Shown here one piece after another: positions 36,303-46,581 of a DNA stretch of 64,000 nt. This stretch comes from a virus. A program made the position numbers and the translations under genes. Every line of letters starts with the position of its first letter. The stretch's first letter is position 1. Under the pieces are notes generated by a model. That model was given only the letters and a program-made list of their open reading frames with translations, ran no database searches and had not been told where the DNA came from. Location: IMG/VR virus record IMGVR_UViG_3300032401_000002, positions 64,001 to 128,000 of that record. The stretch is one strand, 5' to 3'.

Positions 36303-38999
36303 CTAGAAGATTGAGTCCTCGAACTCGTCTTCAACTGCGTGTGCGTCGATGTCGAACGAAGCAACCGGGCGGAAGCTCGGTACTCGTCCTGCTGTCGGTG
36401 CCTTCGTGCTCGTCGCCTTGCGGAGACCAGCGGTCTTGACCTTGGCGTACGCCTCGATCTGGGCGTCAAGCGCCTGAACCGGGGTGTCCTCTAGCTCGGA
36501 CGCGCGGTCGAACTTCGCGTCAGAATCGAGGATGCCTAGCTCGACCTCAGTCTCTGCGACCTTGAGGGCCTTGTAGACCTGAGCCTTGGCGTTCGCTACT
36601 GCGACACCAATCGGGCCACCGACCTCGTTGGAGTTGTCGCCGCCAACAGGGTTAGCACCCTTGAGGCTACGGAACTCTTCACTGGAGTCGGTCTCGGTGG
36701 GGCCACCAACCTCTTCCTTCAGCGATCCGTCAAGCTGGACTCGCGTCGGGTCGTGATCGGGGAAGCCGTGGCCGGGAGAATCCCAGACGCCACTATCGTC
36801 AGCCGTCTTCTCCGTTGCGGAGACGGTGCTGAGCAACTCACCAGCATCACTCGTCACGGCATCCTGCTGACCAAGGCTATCGCCCTCGCCACCACTCCAG
36901 GTGTCCGTGTGGGGCGCGGTGAAGTCGCCCGTGTCCTTCTCTACGTTCTCGTTGTCGATGCCGCTCAGCGGATCTCCAGTGACAGCGCCCACGCCTTCTA
37001 CGTCTACACGCTTGTCAGCCTGGACACCCTCACCATTAGCAGAGGCACCGTCAGCGATCTTTGTCTGTGCGGTCATGTTGTCCTTTCGGGTTTTACTTTC
37101 GACTGGAGCCTTCGAGTCCGTGATAACCTTCTTACCAATCGGCTTGTCTGACAACTGTCGTGTAACAGGAAGGATGGGCCGTTCCTGTGTCTTAATCCGT
37201 CCACCTTGGGCGGAAGTCTTCTCAACCTTTACAGTGGCCGTCTCTGCTACCTTTGATGTGGCAGGCATAGCGCCGCCCGGCATGGGCTTGGGGCTACTCG
37301 GGTCGTTCGGGTTGGTCTGAATATCGTTGGGAGCGCCAGGCTGCTGGCCCTGTGCAGCCTGCTCAGCGTCCTGCTGATGCATCTGCTCATCGACCTCCTT
37401 GGCCTTCTCCAGGTCGGGATTGTCAAAGCCCTCGGGCGGCTCTTCGTAGTTGCAGACTTCGCAGACGCCGTCTTCCATATCGCTACCGCAGATCGGGCAA
37501 ACCTGATCCTGACGAAGTGTGTCTACCTGATCGGGAGCAACCGTCATATCTGACTGCGGCTCGGGGTTACGGTCGGCTGTTACACCACGGCCACGCAAGA
37601 TCTGCCGAATCTCATTTGCGTTCATGCCATACGAACGTGCGATGGCTTCCAAAGACTGGCCCTGTCGGTGAGCCGCCACAACGTCGTCATTCATGTTGGC
37701 CGTCTTGGCTGTTGAGCGATCCTCAAGACCAATCTGTTGTCCGGCTGCATCCCACTCTGCATCTGCTGCCTTCATAGCTGCATTGATTTCTGTCTGCTGC
37801 TCGGGGGAGAGCATGTTCCAGACGGACACGACCGAACCAGTCGAGCCTTCGCCCAGGAAGTCATTGCGATCTCCGGGGGTCTCAACGGTCGGGGTGCCAT
37901 GCTCACCATAAGGGTCATGTCGATCTCCACCCATGGGAACAGCCTGCTTGTTCCGATCAAGATGGTCAACAAGCTCCCAGAGCTTCTGGTATGTGCCAGT
38001 GCTGATTCCACTGAGAGTCTCTGCGACCTCGTCGGGTGTGTAGTAGTCAAGACCTTCGGCGGGCGGGATTGCTCCCTGTGCTCCGACGCCAGGTGCAACA
38101 CCAGCGATGTTGTAGACCGGGACTAGATCTTCCTGCTGTGCTACCTGGACTCCGTACGGGGTCTGGACGTGGTACTGAAGGATGCCACCATTGGCGGTGT
38201 AGTCCACGATCTTGCCGCTCTGGCCAGAGCCGGGGCCTCCACCGATCTGAACCTCTTCGCCAACGCGGAACTGCTGCGCGCCTTCTACCTGGACGGCAGA
38301 CACGCGAGCGGCCTTCTTGATATCGCGCACGAGCGCGGTCTCATCGGCAGGATCGAAGACAAAGCTGATCTCGAAGAAACCAATGTCGTAGCAGTCCTCA
38401 TAGGACTTCTTGGCCACCTTCTGCCCACTCGGTGTGTGGAAGTCAAAGTATGCACCCTTGGACTGGACGTGCTTGCAATATTGCTCGGGCGAGCGGGCTT
38501 CGTTACCGCAGTGTGAGCACTTGCTCAACTCTACGTTCGCACCCATGGACACGCCATCGATGTCGCCATCTACGATAGCCTTGGCGAGCTTGGGGAACTT
38601 CTTGGCATCCACTTCGAGCAGAAGCTCGATCCAGGTTGCCGGAAGGTGATTGGCGGGAGCGGCCGAGTAGTACGGGTCGAGACTTGCTGTCTTCTCGTCC
38701 TCGATGTGCAGGGCTGCGTCCACGATGACACCACGCGCCCGCTTGGGGTCGCTGTTGTGGTGGTCTACGAAGATCGGCTTGCCGATGAAGGTGCGCCAAG
38801 ACTTCTCAAGCTCAGTGGCGGGCCATCCATCGTGGTTCTTGTTGACGCGCGATGAGATCGCTCGCACGCGCACATAGACGTATCCGTCTTCAGTGCGATA
38901 GTCGTCGTACTCAGCGAACTTGGACAACGAAGCAGAGCGCTCCTTAGAGGGAGCGCTCTTGACTTCGAGGACTTCTAGCTTCGCGTACTTCTGGAACAC
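36303..38999 (-). CDS. Prohead (capsid maturation) protease fused to scaffold, with inserted SH3-like, HTH and zinc-ribbon modules
   Basis: N-terminal 'VRAISSRVNKNHDGW...TFIGKPIFVDH...GVSMG...CSHCGN...FFEISFVFDPADETA' protease domain and an acidic scaffold C-terminus. Confidence 0.85.
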   Translation of the reverse strand: MFQKYAKLEVLEVKSAPSKERSASLSKFAEYDDYRTEDGYVYVRVRAISSRVNKNHDGWPATELEKSWRTFIGKPIFVDHHNSDPKRARGVIVDAALHIEDEKTASLDPYYSAAPANHLPATWIELLLEVDAKKFPKLAKAIVDGDIDGVSMGANVELSKCSHCGNEARSPEQYCKHVQSKGAYFDFHTPSGQKVAKKSYEDCYDIGFFEISFVFDPADETALVRDIKKAARVSAVQVEGAQQFRVGEEVQIGGGPGSGQSGKIVDYTANGGILQYHVQTPYGVQVAQQEDLVPVYNIAGVAPGVGAQGAIPPAEGLDYYTPDEVAETLSGISTGTYQKLWELVDHLDRNKQAVPMGGDRHDPYGEHGTPTVETPGDRNDFLGEGSTGSVVSVWNMLSPEQQTEINAAMKAADAEWDAAGQQIGLEDRSTAKTANMNDDVVAAHRQGQSLEAIARSYGMNANEIRQILRGRGVTADRNPEPQSDMTVAPDQVDTLRQDQVCPICGSDMEDGVCEVCNYEEPPEGFDNPDLEKAKEVDEQMHQQDAEQAAQGQQPGAPNDIQTNPNDPSSPKPMPGGAMPATSKVAETATVKVEKTSAQGGRIKTQERPILPVTRQLSDKPIGKKVITDSKAPVESKTRKDNMTAQTKIADGASANGEGVQADKRVDVEGVGAVTGDPLSGIDNENVEKDTGDFTAPHTDTWSGGEGDSLGQQDAVTSDAGELLSTVSATEKTADDSGVWDSPGHGFPDHDPTRVQLDGSLKEEVGGPTETDSSEEFRSLKGANPVGGDNSNEVGGPIGVAVANAKAQVYKALKVAETEVELGILDSDAKFDRASELEDTPVQALDAQIEAYAKVKTAGLRKATSTKAPTAGRVPSFRPVASFDIDAHAVEDEFEDSIF

Positions 39000-39007
39000 T
39001 GCTGTCC

Positions 39008-39883
39008 CTACTTCGCGATCAGGGTTACAACCGCGATCTTGCTCTCGGGGAGATTGGTGTCCTGACCGTTGACAACGGCAGAGCCGGTGCGTCGGATCTT
39101 GGCCACCGTGTGTGTCGGGTAGAACTGGCGGGCTTCAGCGATGATCTCCTTGTTGCCTACCGAGCCAGTCGTGTTCTGACGAACAACGGTGATCTCAGCC
39201 TGCTTGGAGTTGTAGTGCGCGAACGCACCTACGCCGATGCCAGACTTGGGCTTGACCGGGGGAGGAAGCGGAGGGCCTCCAGCCGGGCCACCGGGAGCGG
39301 GTAGACCGCCACCCTGCGGGGGAGCACCAATGTCGGGAACAGCACCCGGATCACCCAGCGGGTCGCCACCCATACCAGGGTCGCCTCCCATTGGATCGGG
39401 GCCGAGGTCGTCAGGGCCAGCATCGGGGCCGAGGCCACCGCCGCCCTTAACTACGTCGAGTAGCTGCTGGAGGAGTTGGATGATTCCATCGTCGCCCTTG
39501 AGCGGCTTCTCTTCTCCTCCGAGATCGTCGGCGTCTGAATCTCCGTCGCCGAAATCAGGTGCAGGAGAATCAGAAGAGTCGTCATCAGATGACGAGTCGT
39601 CTGCCGGGGGTGAATCAGACGGAGGAGCGTCATCAGACGGCTCCTCTGTGTCGCTGCTGTCGCTGTCGTCAGACGGCGGGAACTCACTCACGCGGATAGT
39701 TGCTGCGAAGACCTGATCTCCAACCTTCACGCCAGCGGCTAGTGCCTCTTCAGCGTCTGCCTTCTTCGCCTTGAGAGAAACAAGGTCGGCATTCGGGTAA
39801 CGAGTCAGGAGAGACTTCGCTGCATCTGCGCGCGAGACGTTTGCCTTGCGGTAGAAAGTTGTGGTTGTCATTTCCTCTTCCAT
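39008..39883 (-). CDS. Acidic/Pro-Gly-rich head-associated protein
   Basis: 291 aa, low-complexity, just upstream of the protease. Confidence 0.6.
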   Translation of the reverse strand: MEEEMTTTTFYRKANVSRADAAKSLLTRYPNADLVSLKAKKADAEEALAAGVKVGDQVFAATIRVSEFPPSDDSDSSDTEEPSDDAPPSDSPPADDSSSDDDSSDSPAPDFGDGDSDADDLGGEEKPLKGDDGIIQLLQQLLDVVKGGGGLGPDAGPDDLGPDPMGGDPGMGGDPLGDPGAVPDIGAPPQGGGLPAPGGPAGGPPLPPPVKPKSGIGVGAFAHYNSKQAEITVVRQNTTGSVGNKEIIAEARQFYPTHTVAKIRRTGSAVVNGQDTNLPESKIAVVTLIAK

Positions 39884-39929
39884 GTGATTGGTCGTAACTT
39901 AGGTGTCTGCTGTTAGCCTGAACATAGGG

Positions 39930-40685
39930 CTACAGAGAGTCAACCCTTCGTACCTTGCATAGCGGGATCAGTCCAACGTATAGTGGTCTGTTCTCGTGTG
40001 CAGTGCCGCTACCCTCTGTGTTGATGATCGTTCCAGAGAAGTTGGTCTGCAATGTGTGGGTGATCTCGTCGCGTACGTAGAAGAGGTAGTTGATTCCTCC
40101 CTGCGGTAGCTGGATGATCTGTTGGTTGTACGTGTGATTGTGGTTCCCGCCGCCGTGGTTATGGGCAGGTATCTGAGCCAAGGACAAGATTACCTCGTTA
40201 AGTCCTCCCGTAGCCTGGGGGCCGGGTGCTCCTGCTGGCAGGTTGATGTTGCCGTTCCCCACGGCGGCGGCAGCGGTGCCATCGGCCTTATTCAGGTCGG
40301 CACCGATGATTGAACGATTCAGTAGATTCGGTAGGGTGACAGACACCACTACACCAGGGAAGTCATGGTTGACGGCCGATACTACTGAACCATCGCAAAC
40401 AAGGCAGCCGTCAGGGAGTGCAACGGTTGCGTCAGGGCGGAACCAGTGAAACACTGTGCCAATTGGCATAGCGTCTAGCTCCAGAAGTTTGACCTCTCGA
40501 TAGATACCACCATTCGTACCAGTGGTTGGAGGCCAGTCTCCAGCGGGCGGAATCCCAACGATCCCGTCCAGTGTGTCAAAGTTCTGAGTAAGCTCGGTGT
40601 GGTCGTACGAGTCAGTGCCTGCGGGCCATACCCGGAAGCGATGAACGCCCAGACTACCTGAGGGGTTTGACCAACGGTCAGCCAT
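39930..40685 (-). CDS. Tail-collar-like fibre protein
   Basis: Divergent collar motif 'MPIGTVFHW...LPDGCLVCDG...LPNL', then 'LSLAQIPAHNH...HENRPLY'. Confidence 0.65.
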   Translation of the reverse strand: MADRWSNPSGSLGVHRFRVWPAGTDSYDHTELTQNFDTLDGIVGIPPAGDWPPTTGTNGGIYREVKLLELDAMPIGTVFHWFRPDATVALPDGCLVCDGSVVSAVNHDFPGVVVSVTLPNLLNRSIIGADLNKADGTAAAAVGNGNINLPAGAPGPQATGGLNEVILSLAQIPAHNHGGGNHNHTYNQQIIQLPQGGINYLFYVRDEITHTLQTNFSGTIINTEGSGTAHENRPLYVGLIPLCKVRRVDSL

Positions 40686-41473
40686 TAGCTCTTCTCGCGG
40701 ATGAAGACCACGCGGTTGCCGCTAAGATGGCGCTGACGCCTGTAGACGCCGCCACCATTGCTCTGATCGCCCGTGCCACCTTCTGGAAGAGTGTTCCCTT
40801 CGATGGTCTCGAACGTACCCTTAGCGCGATCAATCCACTTCACGAACAGACCGATATGATCGAACGTGCCATCGCTCTGCCAGTCGTAGAGGACGAAGTC
40901 TCCCTTGAGGGGGTTGTTGGTGACATAGAGGCCATTCTGGTTAGCGAATGCCGCTGACACGATATAGGGGCAGTAGCCGAACATGAACTTGCCGCCAGCC
41001 TTGTTGTCGCACCAGGAAGCGAAGTACGCGCACCAGGGGTTACCATCTGCACCGTACCACTTGCCGAAGATCGTTCGATTGCCGAAGCCTTCGCGATACC
41101 CAATGTGCTTCTCAGCTTCGATGATCCTCTTCTCGCCTAGCGTGACCTTCTTCGCATCGGCCGCTGCCTTTGCGATTCGAGCCTTACGTCGAACCTTGTA
41201 GGTGACAGGAAGATCCTTGTACGAAGGGTGATCGATCTTGACCAAGAACGAGCGGAGCTTCGCGCCCATGTGGCTGTCGATCTGACCAGTTGGGTACCCA
41301 AGCCAATACTTGGCTCGATGAGCGGCAGCACCCGTGACCGGGCCGTACTCGCTATCAGGCTGTCCCGTGTAGAACTTCTGGTTCCAGCGGTTGTGACCGA
41401 GAAGCCACTGGGCTTCTTCGACATCCTTACCGCGTGTGTGTGGTGACGCGACTGCTAGAGTTGGAAACAACAT
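40685..41473 (-). CDS. Endolysin: peptidoglycan-binding domain + CHAP amidase/peptidase
   Basis: 'GKDVEEAQWLL...DSEYGPVT' PG-binding motif, and CHAP motifs 'PWCAYFASW...DHIGLF...TIEGNT'. Confidence 0.85.
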   Translation of the reverse strand: MLFPTLAVASPHTRGKDVEEAQWLLGHNRWNQKFYTGQPDSEYGPVTGAAAHRAKYWLGYPTGQIDSHMGAKLRSFLVKIDHPSYKDLPVTYKVRRKARIAKAAADAKKVTLGEKRIIEAEKHIGYREGFGNRTIFGKWYGADGNPWCAYFASWCDNKAGGKFMFGYCPYIVSAAFANQNGLYVTNNPLKGDFVLYDWQSDGTFDHIGLFVKWIDRAKGTFETIEGNTLPEGGTGDQSNGGGVYRRQRHLSGNRVVFIREKS

Positions 41474-41481
41474 GTCAGTCC

Positions 41482-44400
41482 TTACCAGTTGAATTGGTCG
41501 TCTGTGCCGTCAACTACGTAGTGCGTGCCGTCAAGGTCTAGGCGATCAAGGTTTCTCGCTTCGCCGCCATCTTCATCGATGAATGCCCTCTGCTCGCGTG
41601 GATCGTAGTCCTTACCGGCCAATTTCGCCATTAAACCCGGATCTACGTCCACACCACCCGTAGAAGTACCCTCCAGAAGCCATGTACGGTCTTCTGGGGC
41701 GTCTCCAGCGTATGCCCCAGTGAATGTGTCAAGTGAGACCATTTCGTCCTCAGAATCGCTTACAGCGCTGTTCTTGGAGTCGAGGTCGGAAATGTCATCC
41801 TGCTGGGGTGCTCCATCCATGCCGGGACGCGGGGGAGCTTCCTGATCCTGGAATCCATCTCCACTGTCCGTGATCTGGTCAGCGGGGGCTGCCGACGTGA
41901 ATGTGGTACCATCTGTGTCTACCTGCTGCTTCGTAAGCTCGTGTCGGTAGGAGACGCCATCACCAGAGTCCACCGTGTAGGTGATCTTGTCTGGGAGAAC
42001 TCTCTCGACTACGATCCGATCTGGGATCGCGAACGCGCCCGTCTTCATCTCGTACTCCTGACCTTCTTCGATCTGAGCGCCCTGATCATCTACCCAAGAC
42101 TGTCCCTTGTCGGGATGATGAAGCTGATGGGGCTGCTGGGCTGCACCAACGCCACCCTCCTGCACTCTCTCTTCGCCTGCGGCGTAGAATGCGAACTCAG
42201 CATCAGTGGCTCCTCGATGGGCGAACATCTCGTCGTAGCTCGGCTGTCCGCGCTCATAGGCTTCATTGATCTCGTCTGATTCTGCGTACGGATTGAAAGC
42301 CTGTGCCTGATCATCCTGACCAAAGGAGATGCCGCACTGTCGGCACTGGTTCTGACCAGGGCCTGTTTCTACACCAGGGCCACCGCAAGCCGGGCAAATC
42401 GAGCCAGGCATGTCGGTGTCGTTATGAAAGTCAGATTCTGCAATCCAGTTGCCAACCTTGGTGACAACCTTGGTGGGCTGAATCGCTGGGCCAATTGGCC
42501 CGGAAGCTGTGCCGGGGGCAACCTGATTCCCCTGCTGCGCAAGCTGCTGCTGCATGCTCGCATCAGGGCACGGGGTGCCAGCAATGTGGGACTGGCCACA
42601 CATCGGGCAAGTCGGATTCTGTCCTACAGGTACGCCTGCCGCCTGGCCTGCGCCCGGCTGCGCGAACTGCATCGGCGCGACACCAGCCATGCCAGCTTCC
42701 TTGATGCTTTCTCGCGAGGCGTCACATTCATCGCAGTGGCAATCTGACTCGTGCTCGGTAACGTCGTCATCGTCGTCATCGCTCGCTAGGTAGTCCCAGA
42801 GCGAAGCCTCCTTGGGCTTCTTCTCGTTGGCCTTCGGCTCGTCATCCGATGCTTCATCCGAGTCGTCTGAGTCATCCGACCCCTCATCCGAGATAGCCTC
42901 TTCTAGTGGCGATGTACCATCTTCCTGATCAAGACCATCCTTGTATCCGGGGAAGGCTTCTTCAAGGAGTGAATCTAGAGCTACCAAGATCGGGTTGTTA
43001 GTGCCCGGCTCGTCTGAGTCAGCAAACTCCATCACGAGCGGGAGGTTCAGGTGGAAAGCCTTCATGGCCTTGTCCTGCATCTCAGGATCGCCGTGACTGT
43101 TGATATCCTTGTCGGGGCCGTCAGGCGACTTGCCACCGCCTGTACCGTCAACATCCTTCAACTGCTCGGGGCCGTCACCCTGCTCCTTCTTGCCGCCGAT
43201 GCCGCTGTCTGAAGCCTCATCTGTGGAGTTGGTACCGTCGTTCTTGGTTGCCCAACCATCTTCTTCTTCGCCGAAAGTGTCGGCCGTCTTGGAGACGAGT
43301 CCGATCTGCGAGGTATCGGTAGGATCTAGCGGGGCTGCACCGGGTGCGCCACCGCCTCCACCTTGACCACCAGGGGATACAATGTTCCTACCTACACCCT
43401 GGACAGCACCCTGACCTAGCGCGCGGGTCATCATTCCACCTACGCCCGCCATGCCGCCAGCTTCTGCACCGGCTGCCGCTGCGCCGCCGCCAATGCCCAA
43501 CGCCTCACCGACACCCATCAGGGCAGGGATAGCGAGAGGGGCTGCTGTGACTTGCTGTGTGTGACCGCACGTATGACATACAGACGTGGATGCCTGCCTA
43601 ATCATCGGGGAGTAACACTCGGGACAACTATCGAGGGGCGCTGCGTTGGCCTTGTGCCAAGCTAGCTCTTCATCGATGTGTGCGAAATACTCGGGCTTCA
43701 AGTTGATGTGTCCTCCACGTTGATGTTGGTACTGCATGATCTGATTCCAGGCATCGCGCTTCTGCCCTGGAGACCAATCCGCTGTAGCACCAGGCATCAC
43801 AGTGATAGTATGGGAGTTCGGTTCAATCTTTAGGTAGTTGCCTGTCTCGACTTTGTTGTACTCGCCCTTGATGTCGAGGATCACAGGAATGCCCTCGGTG
43901 GTCGCCAGAACGGCCGCATGTGAGGTCATACCACCCGTTGCGGTGATGATTGCGCGCACACCTTTCTGCCATAGCATGAAGTCTTCAGGCTGAAGATGTT
44001 CGGCCACCAAGATAGCGTTCGGGGTGATCTCACCGTTCGAGCGTTCCTTGACCCAGGCGACTCCGGTGATGACTTCACCTTGCTGTTGGGGAGAGATGAT
44101 CCACGTTCCTCCATGAATCTCGACGGGCTGGAATACCTGGCCCTTGCCCTGCGAGGGCGCTCCACCAATCGGGCCATGAAGAGTGATGTTGGCACCAAAG
44201 GCTTGTTCGATCTGCTGCTGCGCTGACTCTTGGTTGAACTGTGTTCCGGGGAACACCCTCTGCACGTCGGCCGTGCCATCGTTGTAGACTGACCCAAGAG
44301 CGGCACAATCTTGCGGGTACCGAAGTCCGTTGCGCTCCGCTAGCTTCTCATGCACTGCATGAACACCATGCTCAAAGTGCATCTGACCTTGCTTGTCGAT

Positions 44401-44970
44401 AATCCACTTACCGATCTCGACCTTCATGTTCGCATCGCCTGAGAACATAGCGTCCCAGTCTTCTGCGGTGACCGTGCGGCTCGCAATCTTCTGGGCCATC
44501 TTCCAGGTCGCCAAGTTCATGGACGGATACGAGTCATCTGTCTTCATGCGGTTGCGCTTCGGCTCGCGCTCGGGCATGCCGTCTAGGTGATGCTCCTGCG
44601 GTGCCGGGTCGTTGTAGACGAACTCGTCGTCTTTCTTGTTCCACTCAGGAGTCAGGTCTTTGCCGCATGTGGGGCATGCCCGCAAATCCGTGCTTTCTTG
44701 GCACAATGGGCAGTTGACAACTGTATTGCCCGTGAATCCGTGCATTGCAGCCATGTGCCCTTCAAGCTCGGGAACGCCAGCTAGCTCGGAGTGTTCTAGC
44801 TGATTCTGGTTGAACAAGTCGTTGTCACCACCAGTCGAGTGACCACGGTCAGGCCCAAGCCCGTTGTCGGGAGCTTTGATGTAGGTCTTCGACTCGGGTT
44901 CCCAGATCCAGACTGTGCCGGGATCTGTAGGATCGCTGAAGCTAGGCATGGGTAGATCGGGCATGGTCAC
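41482..44970 (-). CDS. Large acidic multidomain head-region protein containing a PEP-utiliser mobile (phospho-His) domain and zinc ribbons
   Basis: 'ILVAEHLQP...AIITATGGMTSHAAVLA...GIPVI', several CxxC pairs, and C-terminal 'EQRAFIDE...ARNLDRLDLDGTHY'. Confidence 0.75.
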   Translation of the reverse strand: MTMPDLPMPSFSDPTDPGTVWIWEPESKTYIKAPDNGLGPDRGHSTGGDNDLFNQNQLEHSELAGVPELEGHMAAMHGFTGNTVVNCPLCQESTDLRACPTCGKDLTPEWNKKDDEFVYNDPAPQEHHLDGMPEREPKRNRMKTDDSYPSMNLATWKMAQKIASRTVTAEDWDAMFSGDANMKVEIGKWIIDKQGQMHFEHGVHAVHEKLAERNGLRYPQDCAALGSVYNDGTADVQRVFPGTQFNQESAQQQIEQAFGANITLHGPIGGAPSQGKGQVFQPVEIHGGTWIISPQQQGEVITGVAWVKERSNGEITPNAILVAEHLQPEDFMLWQKGVRAIITATGGMTSHAAVLATTEGIPVILDIKGEYNKVETGNYLKIEPNSHTITVMPGATADWSPGQKRDAWNQIMQYQHQRGGHINLKPEYFAHIDEELAWHKANAAPLDSCPECYSPMIRQASTSVCHTCGHTQQVTAAPLAIPALMGVGEALGIGGGAAAAGAEAGGMAGVGGMMTRALGQGAVQGVGRNIVSPGGQGGGGGAPGAAPLDPTDTSQIGLVSKTADTFGEEEDGWATKNDGTNSTDEASDSGIGGKKEQGDGPEQLKDVDGTGGGKSPDGPDKDINSHGDPEMQDKAMKAFHLNLPLVMEFADSDEPGTNNPILVALDSLLEEAFPGYKDGLDQEDGTSPLEEAISDEGSDDSDDSDEASDDEPKANEKKPKEASLWDYLASDDDDDDVTEHESDCHCDECDASRESIKEAGMAGVAPMQFAQPGAGQAAGVPVGQNPTCPMCGQSHIAGTPCPDASMQQQLAQQGNQVAPGTASGPIGPAIQPTKVVTKVGNWIAESDFHNDTDMPGSICPACGGPGVETGPGQNQCRQCGISFGQDDQAQAFNPYAESDEINEAYERGQPSYDEMFAHRGATDAEFAFYAAGEERVQEGGVGAAQQPHQLHHPDKGQSWVDDQGAQIEEGQEYEMKTGAFAIPDRIVVERVLPDKITYTVDSGDGVSYRHELTKQQVDTDGTTFTSAAPADQITDSGDGFQDQEAPPRPGMDGAPQQDDISDLDSKNSAVSDSEDEMVSLDTFTGAYAGDAPEDRTWLLEGTSTGGVDVDPGLMAKLAGKDYDPREQRAFIDEDGGEARNLDRLDLDGTHYVVDGTDDQFNW

Positions 44971-44993
44971 CCTTTAGGGCCTAGCTATGAGAG

Positions 44994-45233
44994 CTAAGGA
45001 AGTGGCTCGTCCGGGATGAGCGCAGTGAGTCTATCGATCTCAGTCTCAAGCTCGCTGATCGCCATGGCGAAGTTGTCTCGCCTCGTAGCGCTTGCCAGTT
45101 TCACATCTTCCATCTCCAGGAGCGCCGCCATGCGGTACTCTAGATCTTGCAGATAGTGATCCGCCTCGATGTTGAGGAGCCTGTCTCTGGCGATGCCTAG
45201 CTGCTGCTGCGGTGTCAGAACGTTGTATCTCAT
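44994..45233 (-). CDS. Small coiled-coil protein (possible fibre chaperone)
   Basis: 79 aa, helical, following the collar fibre gene. Confidence 0.55.
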   Translation of the reverse strand: MRYNVLTPQQQLGIARDRLLNIEADHYLQDLEYRMAALLEMEDVKLASATRRDNFAMAISELETEIDRLTALIPDEPLP

Positions 45234-45257
45234 GACTACCTTATCGGACAGACCGAC

Positions 45258-46493
45258 TTAGATCTTGATGAGGTAGTTCAAGACGATGTATGCGCCAGCT
45301 TCGGACACGCCCGACGTAGATCCAATGTTCCCGGATACACCATGGGTGTGGGTGCCGTCTGCTCCACCGATGCTTCCGCTGAACTCACCGCTGGGGTGGG
45401 TGTGGCTTGCGGCATTGATGCTGATTCCAACACCATGGGAGTGAGCACCAGCGCCACCAGTGCCGCCACCGCCGCCGTTGATCGATCCATTCGTCCATGC
45501 GGTTGCGCTACCCGCGAACGAGAACCCAGGAACCAGATTGACGCCGGTCGGAATACCACCGTAAGAGTGAGCATGGTCGCCAACGCCGTCTGTGCTGCCG
45601 CTGCCTGTGTGGCTGTGCGATCCACCAGAGATTGCGAGCGTGTGCGCGTGGCCGTGCGCTCCCGCTGTAGCTACTAGCAGCGTACCAACACCATGGTAGT
45701 GCTTGAAGGTGCGGGAACCAACGGCAAGTCCTTCATTCAGGTTCAAGGTCAAGACATCAGCGTTAGTGCCCTTGCCGACAACTGTTCGCCCGCGAAGGTC
45801 AGGCACGTTGAATGTCGTTGAACCATCGCCTACACCATAAGTGGTTCCGATGAGGGCGAACAGGGTCGCGTACGTTGCGCGTGATACGGCAGTACCGTCG
45901 CAGAGCAGCCAACCTGTCGGCGCGCTCGATCCTGCGTACGCAACCACCGAGGCGGGCGGGGTTCCATTCGACTGAACGAAAGCCGTCGTTGCGATCTTGG
46001 TGCTTGAGTCTCCGTTCGAAGGGGTCGGCGCTGTCGGAACTCCGGTGAACGCGGGAGATGCCAAGCGCGCCAGTAGAGCTTCGTCTGAAAGGTTAGCTGC
46101 GGCTAGAGCGACTCCAGCGATAGACAGGGCTGCTGCGTTGATAGCGCCCGTGCGTGTGATGTAGGCAAGGATCGATCCCGAAGCGCTCTGCGCTTCAAGG
46201 AGATTCGCGATGTCAAGGTTGCTGCTCTGCTTGACGATGATCGGCGTAACGTCCGCCGTACCCTGGAAGATCTGGTTGGCGCTGGGAGTTAGCGTCGGAG
46301 CGGAAGCCAATCGAGCAACAACGGTGGAGAATGTGCCACTAGGGTTGACCCCAAGCTCGGTCTCAATCGCCAAGATGGCGTCAGCGACGTTGTTGTGCTG
46401 GGGCGCGTGGACTCCTGCCGTAACCGTCGCGTCAATCGCGTTGTTCTTCAGGATCGTTGTGTTGTCGAGCGCTCCGGGGTAATTGGTCGTCAT
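45258..46493 (-). CDS. Tail fibre protein with Collar domain and HxH metal-binding repeats
   Basis: Canonical Collar motif 'APTGWLLCDGTAVSRATYATLFALIGTTYGVGDGSTTFNVPDLRGR', followed by multiple HxH motifs. Confidence 0.85.
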   Translation of the reverse strand: MTTNYPGALDNTTILKNNAIDATVTAGVHAPQHNNVADAILAIETELGVNPSGTFSTVVARLASAPTLTPSANQIFQGTADVTPIIVKQSSNLDIANLLEAQSASGSILAYITRTGAINAAALSIAGVALAAANLSDEALLARLASPAFTGVPTAPTPSNGDSSTKIATTAFVQSNGTPPASVVAYAGSSAPTGWLLCDGTAVSRATYATLFALIGTTYGVGDGSTTFNVPDLRGRTVVGKGTNADVLTLNLNEGLAVGSRTFKHYHGVGTLLVATAGAHGHAHTLAISGGSHSHTGSGSTDGVGDHAHSYGGIPTGVNLVPGFSFAGSATAWTNGSINGGGGGTGGAGAHSHGVGISINAASHTHPSGEFSGSIGGADGTHTHGVSGNIGSTSGVSEAGAYIVLNYLIKI

Positions 46494-46522
46494 CTCATCC
46501 CTTACGTGTTCGTCTCGCTACA

Positions 46523-46557
46523 AAGGAAAGGGACGACCCTCGTTGAGAGCCGTCCCT
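46523..46557 (-). terminator. Rho-independent terminator
   Basis: On the - strand AGGGACGGCTCTC-AAC-GAGGGTCGTCCCT followed by TTCCTTT. Confidence 0.65.
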
Positions 46558-46581
46558 AGTCGAGCGCCTGCGAATTGCTGC

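Noticed and set aside
41482-44970. Complete PEP synthase / PTS enzyme I
   Set aside because: Only the ~95 aa mobile His domain is present. I recognised no nucleotide-binding or PEP-binding barrel domain.
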